Shown one piece after another: positions 54,684 to 64,000 of a stretch of DNA of 64,000 bases (position 1 is the first letter of the stretch; the number at the start of each line of letters is the position of its first letter). Location of the stretch: NCBI GenBank assembly GCA_963789955.1, contig CAWBMV010000015.1:224001-288000 (forward strand). The letters run 5' to 3'. The DNA comes from an uncultured Candidatus Rokubacteria bacterium. GTDB lineage: Bacteria; Methylomirabilota; Methylomirabilia; Rokubacteriales; CSP1-6. A model generated the notes under the pieces. That model was not told the origin of the DNA. It was given only the letters and a program-made list of their open reading frames with translations, and ran no database searches. Both the position numbers and the translations under genes were made by a program.

Positions 54684-55892
54684 ATGCTCATGATCAAACG
54701 CATCATCGCGATCGCCGCCGTCGCGCTCGCCCTCGGCATCAGCTCGGCGCAGGCGCAGGAAGTGAAGGTCGGCGTCGCCCTGCCGTACACGGGGATCGGC
54801 GCCGAGTTCGCCCAGCTGGTCGACCGTGGGATGGAGCTCTACCTCAAGCTCAACGCCGACAAGGTGAAGCCGTACAAGATCACCATGATCCGGCGCGACG
54901 TGAAGGATCCGAGCGGCGCCAACGCGAAGATCGCGGTGCAGGAGCTCCTGACCCAGGACAACGTCGACGTCCTGGCCGGCTGGATCTACTCGCCGAACGC
55001 GATCGCGTCCGCGCCGATCGTCAGCGCGGGCAAGAAGCTCGCGGTGATCATGAACGCCGGCACCGCGCACATCACCAACCTGTCGCCGTACTACGTCCGC
55101 ACCTCGTTCAGCATGTGGCACGCCGGCTATGCGCTCGGCGAAGCGTCGGCGAAGATCCTCAACGCCAAGACGGCGGTCGTCGGCTACACCGATTTTCCGC
55201 CCGGCAAGGACAGCCTCGCCGCGTTCAAGCGGAGCTTCGAGGCCAACGGCGGCAAGGTGATCGACGAGATTCCGATGGGCGGCGCCGGCGCGGTGCCTGA
55301 CTTCACGCCGTTCTTCCAGCGCGCCAAGGACAAGAAGCCGGACCTGTTCTTCGTCTTCGTCCCGGCCGGCGACCACGCGGCCGCGGTGGTGAAGACCTAC
55401 GCGGCGCTCGGCATGCGGGAGGCCGGTATCAGGCTGATCGGCCCCGGCGACATCACCCAGGACACGAAGCTCCAGGCGATGGGCTCGGCCGCGGTCGGCC
55501 TGATCACGATGCACCACTACCACGCCGATCTCGACAACCCCGAGAACAAGCGCTTCGTGGAGGCGTGGAAGAAGGAGTATGGCGCCAGCACCACGCCCGA
55601 CTTCATGGCGGTGGGCGGCTACGACGGCATGGCGGCGATCGTGCACGTCACCCAGGCGCTGAAGGGCAAGATCGAGGTCGACGCCGCGCTCGAAGCCCTC
55701 AAAGGGTGGAGGTTCGCGAGCCCGCGCGGCCCGATCATGATCGATCCCGTCACGCGCGACATCGTCATGAACGAGTACCTGTCCGAGGCGGTGATGAAGG
55801 ATGGCCGCGTCTACCAGAAGGTGATCGGCAAGATCGACGGGGTCAAGGACGCCTGCAAGGAGCAGAAGATCGGTCCGTGCGCGCCGAAGTGA
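54684..55892 (+). CDS. Branched-chain/aromatic-acid-type ABC solute-binding protein
   Basis: Signal peptide, VKVGVALPYTG, MNAG, SPRGP. Confidence 0.93.
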   Translation: MLMIKRIIAIAAVALALGISSAQAQEVKVGVALPYTGIGAEFAQLVDRGMELYLKLNADKVKPYKITMIRRDVKDPSGANAKIAVQELLTQDNVDVLAGWIYSPNAIASAPIVSAGKKLAVIMNAGTAHITNLSPYYVRTSFSMWHAGYALGEASAKILNAKTAVVGYTDFPPGKDSLAAFKRSFEANGGKVIDEIPMGGAGAVPDFTPFFQRAKDKKPDLFFVFVPAGDHAAAVVKTYAALGMREAGIRLIGPGDITQDTKLQAMGSAAVGLITMHHYHADLDNPENKRFVEAWKKEYGASTTPDFMAVGGYDGMAAIVHVTQALKGKIEVDAALEALKGWRFASPRGPIMIDPVTRDIVMNEYLSEAVMKDGRVYQKVIGKIDGVKDACKEQKIGPCAPK

Positions 55893-55894
55893 GG

Positions 55895-56080
55895 TGCGCG
55901 CTGCAGGCCGTCGCGGGGCTGGGGCCCCGCCGGCCGAGGCGCGCCTATAAATCCGGATGCGCGCTGCAGGCCGTCGCGGGGCTGGGGCCCCAGCGGCCGA
56001 GGCGCGCCTATAAATCCGGATGCGCGCTGCAGGCCGTCGCGGGGCTGGGGCCCTGCCGGCCGAGGCGCGCCTATAAATCC
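55895..56080 (+). repeat. Three tandem 63-bp hairpin-forming intergenic repeats
   Basis: Units start at 55895, 55958 and 56021: TGCGCGCTGCAGGCCGTCGCGGGGCTGGGGCCCCGCCGGCCGAGGCGCGCCTATAAATCCGGA; 1-2 substitutions versus unit 1; no spacers. Confidence 0.95.
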
Positions 56081-56105
56081 AGGTGAGCGTCCGCACGACG
56101 CGCCC

Positions 56106-56982
56106 GTGATCTTCGGGGATCGACGTCGCCAGCATGGTCCTCGGCGGCGTGGCCGCCGGCATGGTGCTGTTCATCGTGTCGGTCGGGCTGTCGGTGACGA
56201 TGGGCTTGATGGGCTTCGTCAATCTGGCCCACGGCGGCTTCGCGATGCTCGGGGGGTACGTGATCGCGCACGCGATGAAGCACTGGGGCCTGGGCTTCGC
56301 GCCGGCGCTCGTGATCGGATTCGTCGTCATCGCCGCCCTGAGTGCTGTGCTGGAGCGGCTGCTCTACTCGCGGCTCTACCGGGCGACCGAGCTCGATCAG
56401 GTGCTCTTCACGATCGGCCTCGTCTTCGTGATGATCGCGTCGGTCACCGTGCTCGTCGGGCCCGAGAACCAGCCATTGATGCTGCCGGCGTTTCTTCGCG
56501 GCCAGATCAATCTCGGGATCACGCAGTACCGCACCTACAGCGTCTTTCTCATCGTGGTCGGGATCCTGATCGTGAGCGGGCTCTGGCTCGTGTTCGAGCG
56601 GACCCGGATGGGCGCCCAGATCCGCGCCGCCGTCGACAACCGGCGCATGGCCGAGTCGCTCGGCATCAATATCCGGCGCCTGTTCACCTTGACCTTCGCC
56701 TTCGGCGGCGGCATGGCGGCGCTCGGCGGCGGGCTCGGCGCCGAATTTCTGGGCCTCGATCCCCAGTACGCGCTGAAGTACCTCGTCTACTTCCTGATCG
56801 TCGTCGCCGTCGGCGGCCTCGGCCGGGTCACCGGCGTCTTCTACGCCGCGCTGCTGATCGGCGTGCTCGACTTCGCGCTCAAGAAGTATGTGCCGTCGGG
56901 CGGCACGGCGTTCATCTACGCGCTCACGATCCTCCTCTTGCTCTGGCGGCCGCAGGGCCTCTTCGGCACCAAGAGCACGTGA
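56106..56982 (+). CDS. LivH-like permease (1-nt frameshift near the start)
   Basis: GLSVTMGLMGFVNLAHG, RTRMGAQIRA, VAVGGLG. Confidence 0.92.
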
Positions 56983-57995
56983 CGCGGTCGGCGGTCAGCT
57001 GGGTCGATCATCCGGCGGCGGTCGCGCTGGCCGGCCGCCACCGTCTGCGCGCGTGGGAGCCGATTCCCTGGCTCCTGGCCCTCGCGTTCTACTTCGTGTT
57101 CCCGAAGTATCTCGGGTTCGGCACCGAGCTCCTGATCACGATCCTCTTCGCGCTCTCGCTCGATCTCGTCCTGGGCTACGCGGGGATCGTCACCCTCGGT
57201 CAGGCGGCCTTTTTCGGCGCCGGCGCCTACACGGTCGGCATGCTGGCGAAGCGCGGAATCTGGAACGAGCCGATCACGGGCCTGATCCTCGCGGCGGCGG
57301 TCGCGGCGATCGTGGGTCTCGGATCGGGGCTCGTGCTCCTGCGCACCGGAGGGCTGACCCTGCTCATGCTCACGTTGTGCACGATGGCGCTCCTCGAGGA
57401 GGCCGCCAATCTCGCGCACGACTACACCGGCGGCTTCGACGGTCTCGACAGCCTGCAGATCACGCCGGTGCTCGGCATGTTCGAGTTCAATCCGCTCTAT
57501 CCAAAGACCCAGTACCTCTACGCCCTCTCGGTGCTCTTCGTCTGCTTCGTGTTCGTGCGGACGCTCGTCTACTCGCCATTCGGCCAGAGCTTGACGGGAA
57601 TTCGTGAGAACAGCCTGCGCATGCACGCGGTCGGCGCGCCCGTTCGCCGGCGCCTCGTTCTCTGTTACGCGCTTTCGGCGGCCATCGCCGGCGTGGCCGG
57701 CGGCGTCTGGGCGCAGGCCAACGCCTACGTGAACCTCGGCACCCTGGGCCTCGACCGCGCGGCCACCGTGCTGATCATTCTGGTCCTCGGCGGCTACGGC
57801 CGGCTGTACGGAGCGTTCGTCGGCGCGGTCGCTTACGTGGCTCTGTCGCACTTTCTCTCGAAGATCTATCCCACGGCGTGGCAGCTCGGACTCGGGCTCC
57901 TGCTCGTCGTCATCGCCCTGTTCGCGCGCAACGGGATCCTGGGAATCATCGAGGCCGCGGCCCGTCGACTGCGGCCGCCGCGCGCGACATCGTGA
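56979..57995 (+). CDS. LivM-like permease
   Basis: SLDLVLGYAGIVTLGQAAFFG, TGGFDG, SPFG..L.GIREN. Confidence 0.92.
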   Translation: MTRSAVSWVDHPAAVALAGRHRLRAWEPIPWLLALAFYFVFPKYLGFGTELLITILFALSLDLVLGYAGIVTLGQAAFFGAGAYTVGMLAKRGIWNEPITGLILAAAVAAIVGLGSGLVLLRTGGLTLLMLTLCTMALLEEAANLAHDYTGGFDGLDSLQITPVLGMFEFNPLYPKTQYLYALSVLFVCFVFVRTLVYSPFGQSLTGIRENSLRMHAVGAPVRRRLVLCYALSAAIAGVAGGVWAQANAYVNLGTLGLDRAATVLIILVLGGYGRLYGAFVGAVAYVALSHFLSKIYPTAWQLGLGLLLVVIALFARNGILGIIEAAARRLRPPRATS

Positions 57996-58747
57996 CCACG
58001 CCGCTTCTCGAGACGCGCGCGCTGTGCCGGAACTTCGGCGCGCTGGCCGCCGCGCGTGACATCGACTTCCGGCTCGAGGCCGGCGCCCGGCACGCGCTGA
58101 TCGGCCCGAACGGCGCCGGCAAGACCACGTTCGTCAACCTGCTCACCGGCGTCATCCCGCCCACGTCGGGGGCGATCTTGATGAAGGGGCGCGACATCAC
58201 GGGGGTCGATCAGGCGCAGCGGGTCAAGCTCGGCATCGCCCGGACCTTTCAGATCAACCGCCTGTTCCGCCGGCTCTCCGTTCTGGAAAACGTCTATATC
58301 GCGGTGGCCGAGCGCGTCGGCGCCGCGCCGTCGATGTTCCAGCCGGCCGGCACGCGCCGCGACGTGGTCGAAGAGTCGATGCAGCTGCTCGAAACGCTCA
58401 AGCTCACCGCCGACGCGAGCCGCCGGATCTCCGAGCTTCCCTACGGCCGGCAGCGGCTGGTCGAGCTGGCCATCGCGCTCGGCTTGACGCCCGAGATCCT
58501 GCTGCTCGACGAGCCGGCGGCCGGCGTGCCCAGCGCCGAGAGCCACATCATCCTCGACGCGATCGACGGGTTGCCGCGGGACATCGGGGTCCTCATCATC
58601 GACCACGATATGGATCTCGTGTTCCGGTTCGCCCAGCGCATCACCGTGCTGGTGAGCGGCGCCGTCTTCGCGACGGGGACGCCGCGCGAGATCGGCGCCG
58701 ACGCGAACGTCCGGGCGGTCTATCTCGGTCAGGCCAGCCATGGCTGA
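57992..58747 (+). CDS. LivG-like ABC ATPase
   Basis: GPNGAGKTT, RTFQ, LPYG, LLDEPAAG. Confidence 0.93.
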   Translation: MTTPLLETRALCRNFGALAAARDIDFRLEAGARHALIGPNGAGKTTFVNLLTGVIPPTSGAILMKGRDITGVDQAQRVKLGIARTFQINRLFRRLSVLENVYIAVAERVGAAPSMFQPAGTRRDVVEESMQLLETLKLTADASRRISELPYGRQRLVELAIALGLTPEILLLDEPAAGVPSAESHIILDAIDGLPRDIGVLIIDHDMDLVFRFAQRITVLVSGAVFATGTPREIGADANVRAVYLGQASHG

Positions 58748-59441
58748 GGCGCTGGTCCTGCGTCACGTCTCGGCGGGCTACGGCGAGACGGTCGTGCTCG
58801 AGGACATCAACCTGACGCTGGCACGAGGCGAGAGTCTCAGCGTGATCGGACGCAACGGCGTCGGCAAGACGACCTTGCTGGCGACGGTGATGGGCCACAC
58901 GACCCTGCATCAGGGCGAGGTGTTGCTCGGCGGCGCGCGCCTCGATCGCCTCCCGACCTTTCGCCGCGCCCGGGGTGGCATCGGCTGGGTTCCGCAAGAG
59001 CGCGAGATCTTCCCGTCGCTCACCGTGCGCGAGAACCTGACGATCGGCGCCCGGCCGGGGCACTGGACCCAGGAGCGGGTGTTCGATCTGTTCCCGAACC
59101 TGGGCGCACGGCTCTCGAACATGGGAAACCAGCTTTCGGGCGGCGAGCAGCAGATGCTCTCGATCGCGCGCGCGCTTCTGACGAATCCATCGGTACTGCT
59201 CATGGACGAGCCGACGGAAGGGCTGGCGCCGGTGATCGTCGAAGCGCTCGCGACGGTGCTGTTACGGCTGCGCGGCGAGGGCGCGCTCTCGATCGTGCTC
59301 GTCGAGCAGAACAGCCGGGTCGCCCTCGCCTTCTCCTCGCGGACCGTCGTCATGGACAAGGGGCGTATCGTCTACGACGGCGAATCGGCCGCGCTCAGCA
59401 CCGACTCAGAACGACTCGCAGCGCTCATCGGCGTCACGTAG
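58740..59441 (+). CDS. LivF-like ABC ATPase
   Basis: GRNGVGKTT, LSGGEQQM, MDEPTEGLAP. Confidence 0.94.
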   Translation: MAEALVLRHVSAGYGETVVLEDINLTLARGESLSVIGRNGVGKTTLLATVMGHTTLHQGEVLLGGARLDRLPTFRRARGGIGWVPQEREIFPSLTVRENLTIGARPGHWTQERVFDLFPNLGARLSNMGNQLSGGEQQMLSIARALLTNPSVLLMDEPTEGLAPVIVEALATVLLRLRGEGALSIVLVEQNSRVALAFSSRTVVMDKGRIVYDGESAALSTDSERLAALIGVT

Positions 59442-59448
59442 GCTGCTC

Positions 59449-62113
59449 GTGGCGGAGCATGCGACGAAGGTCCCATCGACGTACGACGCCGGGACCGGCT
59501 ATCTCCTGAAGCATCCTCGTGATGAAACGCTGGCTCGGAGAACCGCTGTTACACTTCCTGGTCGGCGGCGGCGTCCCGTTCGCCGTCTACGTCTGGCTCA
59601 ATCCCTCCACGCCCGCGGCCGGTCCCGGCCCTGGGCAGGTTCGTATCGCGGGCCGGCACCCCTGAGGTTCTCTCTCCTCGGGCTTTCGCTTGCGGCTCTC
59701 GCCCTGTTCGTTTCGTTCTCCCTCGGCGACGCGGAAGGGCAAGGATCGCCGACGACGACGGTGCCGGCGGCGCCGTCTCCGGCGCCCGCCTCGGGCGCGA
59801 TCCCGGTCGCGGACGTCGCGACGCGAGCCGCGCAGATGCCGGAGCTCCTCCGCACCCTGACCGAGCCGCTGGCCGAGAACGCCGAGAGCGAGACGATCCG
59901 GAGGCGCCTGCACGAGGCGCGCGCGCAGGTCGAGCTCGAGCTGGCCGACGCGGAGACGACGCTGCGCAGCCACCCGAGCCTCGACGTGATCCAGCTACAG
60001 CAACAACTCTGGCAGCAGCGACACCTTCAGACGAGCGCGTGGCTCGGCGCCCTCACGCGGCGAGCGACGCTCTTGCAGGACACGCTGCATCGTCTGGCCG
60101 AGATCAAGAAGACGTGGCGCCAAACACGGGAGGCCTCGGTGGCGTCCGGCGCACCGGCGGCGATCCTCGTCCAGGTCGACGCGGCGCTCGCCGGTATCGA
60201 GGCGGCGGAGGCGCCGCTCATCGCCCAGCGCAACGCCGTCCTGGATCTTCAAAGCGCCGTGGCGAAAGAGGTCGCACGATCCGCCGACGTGCTGTCGCAA
60301 TTCACCCAGGCTCAGCAGCAAGCCATGGGGGGAATCCTGGCGCGGGACAGTCCGCCCATCTGGGGCGCGGAGGCGTGGAGGACCGCGCGCGGCGCCCTGC
60401 GGGACCGCCTCCGCGAGCTCGCCGTGGCCCGCCGCGCCGACGTCGTACGGTACGCCACTGACCCGTCGGGGGGACTGCCGCTACACGTCGCGGTCCTCGT
60501 GGCGCTGGTGGCCATGTTCCTCGCCGCACGTCGTCAGGTTCGCCGATTCAACGCGTCCGGCACCAACGAGCTCGCCGGGGTCACCATATTCGATCGCCCA
60601 TACGCCGCGGCGCTGGCTCTCACCTTGCTCTTCGTGTCTGCGCCAATCTCGACGGTCCCTCAGAGCCTGCGGCAACTATCCGAGGTGCTGGTGCTCGTGC
60701 CGGTCATCCGGCTGATACGGCCGGCGATCGCGCCCCGTCTGGTGATCCCGGCCTATGCGCTGGCGCTCCTCTTTGCTGTCGACAGTTTCCGACAGGCGAT
60801 TGCCGGTGTGCCCGTGCTCGAGCAGGCTCTCCTCGCCCTGGAAATGATGGCGGGCGCGGCCGTGCTCACTCAGTCGCTGAGATTCGGAGCGCTGGCCGCC
60901 ACGGACGCGGAGACCGAGCGGCTGCGCACGTTCCGGATCGGCGCGGGCCTCGTCCTGTTCGTGCTCGCCGTAGGGCTGGCAGCCGGGGCCGCGGGCTACA
61001 TGCGTCTGGCGCGGCTGCTGGCCTCCGGGCTTTTCGGCGGCGGCGCCCTGGCGCTGACGCTCTACGCGTGCGTCCGTGTGGTCGGGGGCCTGACGGCCGT
61101 CGCCCTGCGTGTGTGGCCGCTGCGCCTCCTGCGGATGGTGCAACACCATGGCGATCTCCTGGAACGCCGCGCATCACTTATCTGGCTCTGGCTCGCGATC
61201 ACGACCTGGGTCGCCCGCGTCCTGGACTACGCCGGTCTCTTCCAGCCGGCGCTGTCGTTCGTGCAGGCGGTGCTGGCTGCCAGGGTCGGCCGCGGCGCGA
61301 TCAGCTTCTCGGCGGGCGACGTGCTCGAGTTCGTTCTCACCGTGTGGCTGGCCTATCTCGGTCTCGGCGTTCCTCCGCTTCGTGCTGCAAGAGGACGTCT
61401 ATCCACGCACGCAGATGACGCGCGGCATCTCCTACGCCGTCTCGAGCCTCTTGAACTACGTCATCCTCACCCTCGGGTTCTTGCTGGCCCTGGGCGCGAT
61501 CGGACTCGACCTCACCAAAGCGACTATCCTGGCCGGCGCCTTCGGTGTTGGCCTCGGGTTCGGTCTGCAGAGCATCGTCAACAATTTCGTCTCCGGGCTC
61601 ATCCTTCTCTTCGAGCGGCCGATCCGCGTCGGCGACATCGTGGAAGTGGGTGATCTCCAGGGCGAGGTCTCCCGGATCGGGATCCGGGCGAGCACGGTGC
61701 GCACCTATCAGGGAGCCGACATTGTCGTCCCCAATGCGCAGCTCGTCGCGGAACGGGTGACCAACTGGACGGCCTCTGACCGCCGGCGTCGCATCGACAT
61801 TCCCGTGGGCGTCGACTACGGGAGCGCGCCCGAGAAGGTCATCGAGGTGCTGGAGGCGGTGGCCGGTGCGCATCCCGAGATCCTGAAGCAGCCGCTGCCT
61901 CAGGCGGTCTTGATCAGGTTCGGTGACAGCGGGATCAACTTCGAGCTTCGAGCCTGGACGAATCATATCGAGCGGTGGATCACGATCCAGACCGAGCTGG
62001 CGGTACGCGTCTATGCGGCGCTGCGCGCAGCCGGCATGACCTTCCCATTTCCGCAGCGCGAGGTCCGGTTCCTCAACGAGGCTCCGGATAGGCCGCGAGG
62101 GAGCGCCCCGTGA
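59449..62113 (+). CDS. Large MscS-family (MscK-like) mechanosensitive channel; start uncertain, frameshift near 61360
   Basis: Signal, helical periplasmic region, multiple TMs; GVGLGFGLQSIVNNFVSGLILLFERPIRVGD, FPFPQR. Confidence 0.9.
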
Positions 62114-63464
62114 CCATCGGCCGACTGATCTTCCTGAAGGCGCTGTGTCTCCTGGTCGCTGCGTGCGCGTCCCCGGTCTTCGCGGTCCGCGCCGATCCGA
62201 CGACCGTCTACCACGAGCTGAACCGCGGTGCCATCGCCTCGGGCGAGTTGAGCTGGCCCACGCGCAACGTGCTCCGCGAGCGTGGCTTACTCGAGGAGTT
62301 CGAGAAGCGCCCCGAGGCCGCCCTCGCCGACTTGCATCGAGCGATGGTCGCGGCGCGAGGTGACGTCGACGTGCTCTTCGCCCTGGCCGAGCTGTCCTTT
62401 CTGCACGGGCGGGCAGCCGCGAAGCGCGAATACCACCTGGCGTCAGCCGTCTATGCCTGGGCGTTCCTGTTCCCGGAAGGGCTCCAGGGCGCTCCGGGCC
62501 GCTTCGATCCGCGCCTGCGCATGGCAGCCGATATCTACGACCTGGCCGTCGTCTCCGGTTTCGCGTCGCAGGACGGGACGGACGTCGTGCCGGCGGCGGG
62601 CACGTTCGAGCTGCCCTTCGGGCGTCTCGAGGTGAGCTTCGATCGCGCCGCCCTGCGCGCCGGGGACCGGGAGCTCTATGCGTTCGTCCCGACCTCCGAG
62701 CTCGAGGTGCGAGGGCTCGGGATGCGTTATCGCCGGCCGGGACTCGGTGCTTCGCTCGCCGCCGCCACCCGCCCTATCGACCCGGCGCGGCCAGGCCAGG
62801 ACATGGTGGCCCCAAAGTGCAGGTGACCGCGCTCCTTCGTATCCCACAGGCCCGTCGCGTCCTTGTGGAGTCCCAGCCGCTCACGGCCGCGCTCGAGCTC
62901 TACCTGGCCTGGGACGCGGAGGCCGTCTCGATCGCCGGGGAGCGCGTCCCGCTGGAGGCGGATCCCACGGCGGCGCTCGCGCATTGCTCCAGAACGCGAT
63001 GTTCGTGAAGCCCCTTCCTGAAGTCTCGCGCGTGGTGTTCATCTGTACCCCGCACCGCGGGAGCTTCGTGGCCGGACGCACGATCATCGAAGACGCGGTC
63101 CGGTTCCTGCTGAACCCGCCGTTGCCCGTCTCGAGCCTCGCCCTCGACATCGCCCGGAACTCCGGCGCCGCCCGGAGCCCATTCGTTCCCTCGGCGATCG
63201 ACAACATGTCACCGCATAGCAACTACATCAAGCGCTCTGGAGAACATCCCGGTGGCGTCGGACGTCACCGTCAACTCGATCATCGCCGTCGATACCGACG
63301 GACCGGTCACGCAGGGCAACGACGGCGTGGTGCAGTACTCGAGCGCCCACATCGAACCGGTGGAGTCGGAGCTGGTGGTCAGGTCGGGTCACTCCGCGGA
63401 GGGCAACCCGCATACGATCGAGGAGGTGCGGCGCATCCTCCGCAAGCAAGCGGGACTGGAGTGA
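62110..63464 (+). pseudogene. Alpha/beta-hydrolase-family lipoprotein, apparently lacking its central catalytic segment
   Basis: LVAAC lipobox; VPLEADPTAALA joins almost directly to PLPEVSRVVFICTPHRGS; NDGVVQYSSAH; no GxSxG found. Confidence 0.65.
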
Positions 63465-63476
63465 CGCGTTACCGTC

Positions 63477-64000
63477 TCATCGGACGTCTCGATTCATGCT
63501 CTCGCGCAGGTCGGTCAGCGCCTGGTCGAAGGCGTCCACCCGCACCAGGCCCAGACGCGGGTACTCGATGTCGAGGATGACGAAGATCGCGACCGCCATG
63601 ACGAGCGCGAACCCGAGCATGTGCAGTCGGCTGCGCAGGGTGCTGCCGACCATGCCGAAGCCCGCCATCAAGGACGCCGCGAGCGCCATGCCGAACAGCA
63701 TCACGAAGACGATCCTTGGCGGGTGCATCTGCGTCACCATGGTTCGTGTCGTCGTGATGTCGATCATCGCGTTCAGCGCGGGGAGCAGCAGCAGCGGCGC
63801 CACCAGCGCGCGCTCCGGCTCGATCGCTTCGACCGCCTGGCGCCAGATTTGTCTCTGTAATTCGTTGGACCTGGCCAGCGATGCTCGGGCCGCCGCAAGG
63901 TCCGGCAGCTTCCGGTACGTCTCGATACGCGAGTCGAGGTAGCTCCGAAAGCTTTCTCGCAGCGCGGGCCGAGCATCAGGCGGCAGCAGGTCGAGCCGGA
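63477..64000 (-). CDS. DUF4239-like membrane protein; 5' end outside the window
   Basis: RLDLLP, YLDSR, PALNAMIDITTTR..HPP, ILDIEYPRLGLVR. Confidence 0.8.
   Translation of the reverse strand, partial: RLDLLPPDARPALRESFRSYLDSRIETYRKLPDLAAARASLARSNELQRQIWRQAVEAIEPERALVAPLLLLPALNAMIDITTTRTMVTQMHPPRIVFVMLFGMALAASLMAGFGMVGSTLRSRLHMLGFALVMAVAIFVILDIEYPRLGLVRVDAFDQALTDLRESMNRDVR

Noticed and set aside
55895..56080. CRISPR array
   Set aside because: Units are near-identical along their whole length with no unique spacers, and no cas genes are present.
54558..56330. ORFs with repeated peptides (e.g. RASAGGAPAPRRPAARIRIYR)
   Set aside because: Shadow frames reading through the 63-bp repeat (a multiple of 3) and overlapping real genes.

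Overview
GC-rich (roughly 70%) bacterial chromosomal window with dense metabolic and transport gene content. It holds one peptide/nickel-type ABC system plus a truncated second solute-binding gene, two branched-chain-type ABC systems, LLM oxidoreductases, VOC enzymes, amidases, a xanthine-dehydrogenase-family trio, MscS channels, DUF3300/DUF2950 and an orphan mreB. Gene content suggests a soil Rokubacteria/Methylomirabilota-like genome (inference only). Many genes carry 1-nt frameshifts, and about 11.5-20.5 kb is heavily error-laden. This pattern points to long-read consensus errors rather than true pseudogenes, so several apparent ORF fusions are probably artefacts. No rRNA, tRNA, CRISPR array, transposase or prophage was recognised. 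Main observations: (1) a 262-aa stand-alone miniature homologue of the alpha subunit of soluble di-iron monooxygenases with no partner subunits nearby; (2) a selenoprotein peroxiredoxin-like gene (UGA in a U-P-Y-C motif followed by a SECIS-like hairpin) that the ORF track splits in two; (3) a 63-bp structured intergenic repeat present at two loci 44 kb apart, with an identical 35-nt core and compensatory stem changes; (4) a single-chain triple Rid-domain protein; (5) a REC-PilZ-GAF histidine kinase; (6) a sigma54-like promoter before an orphan mreB; (7) several clean deletion scars.
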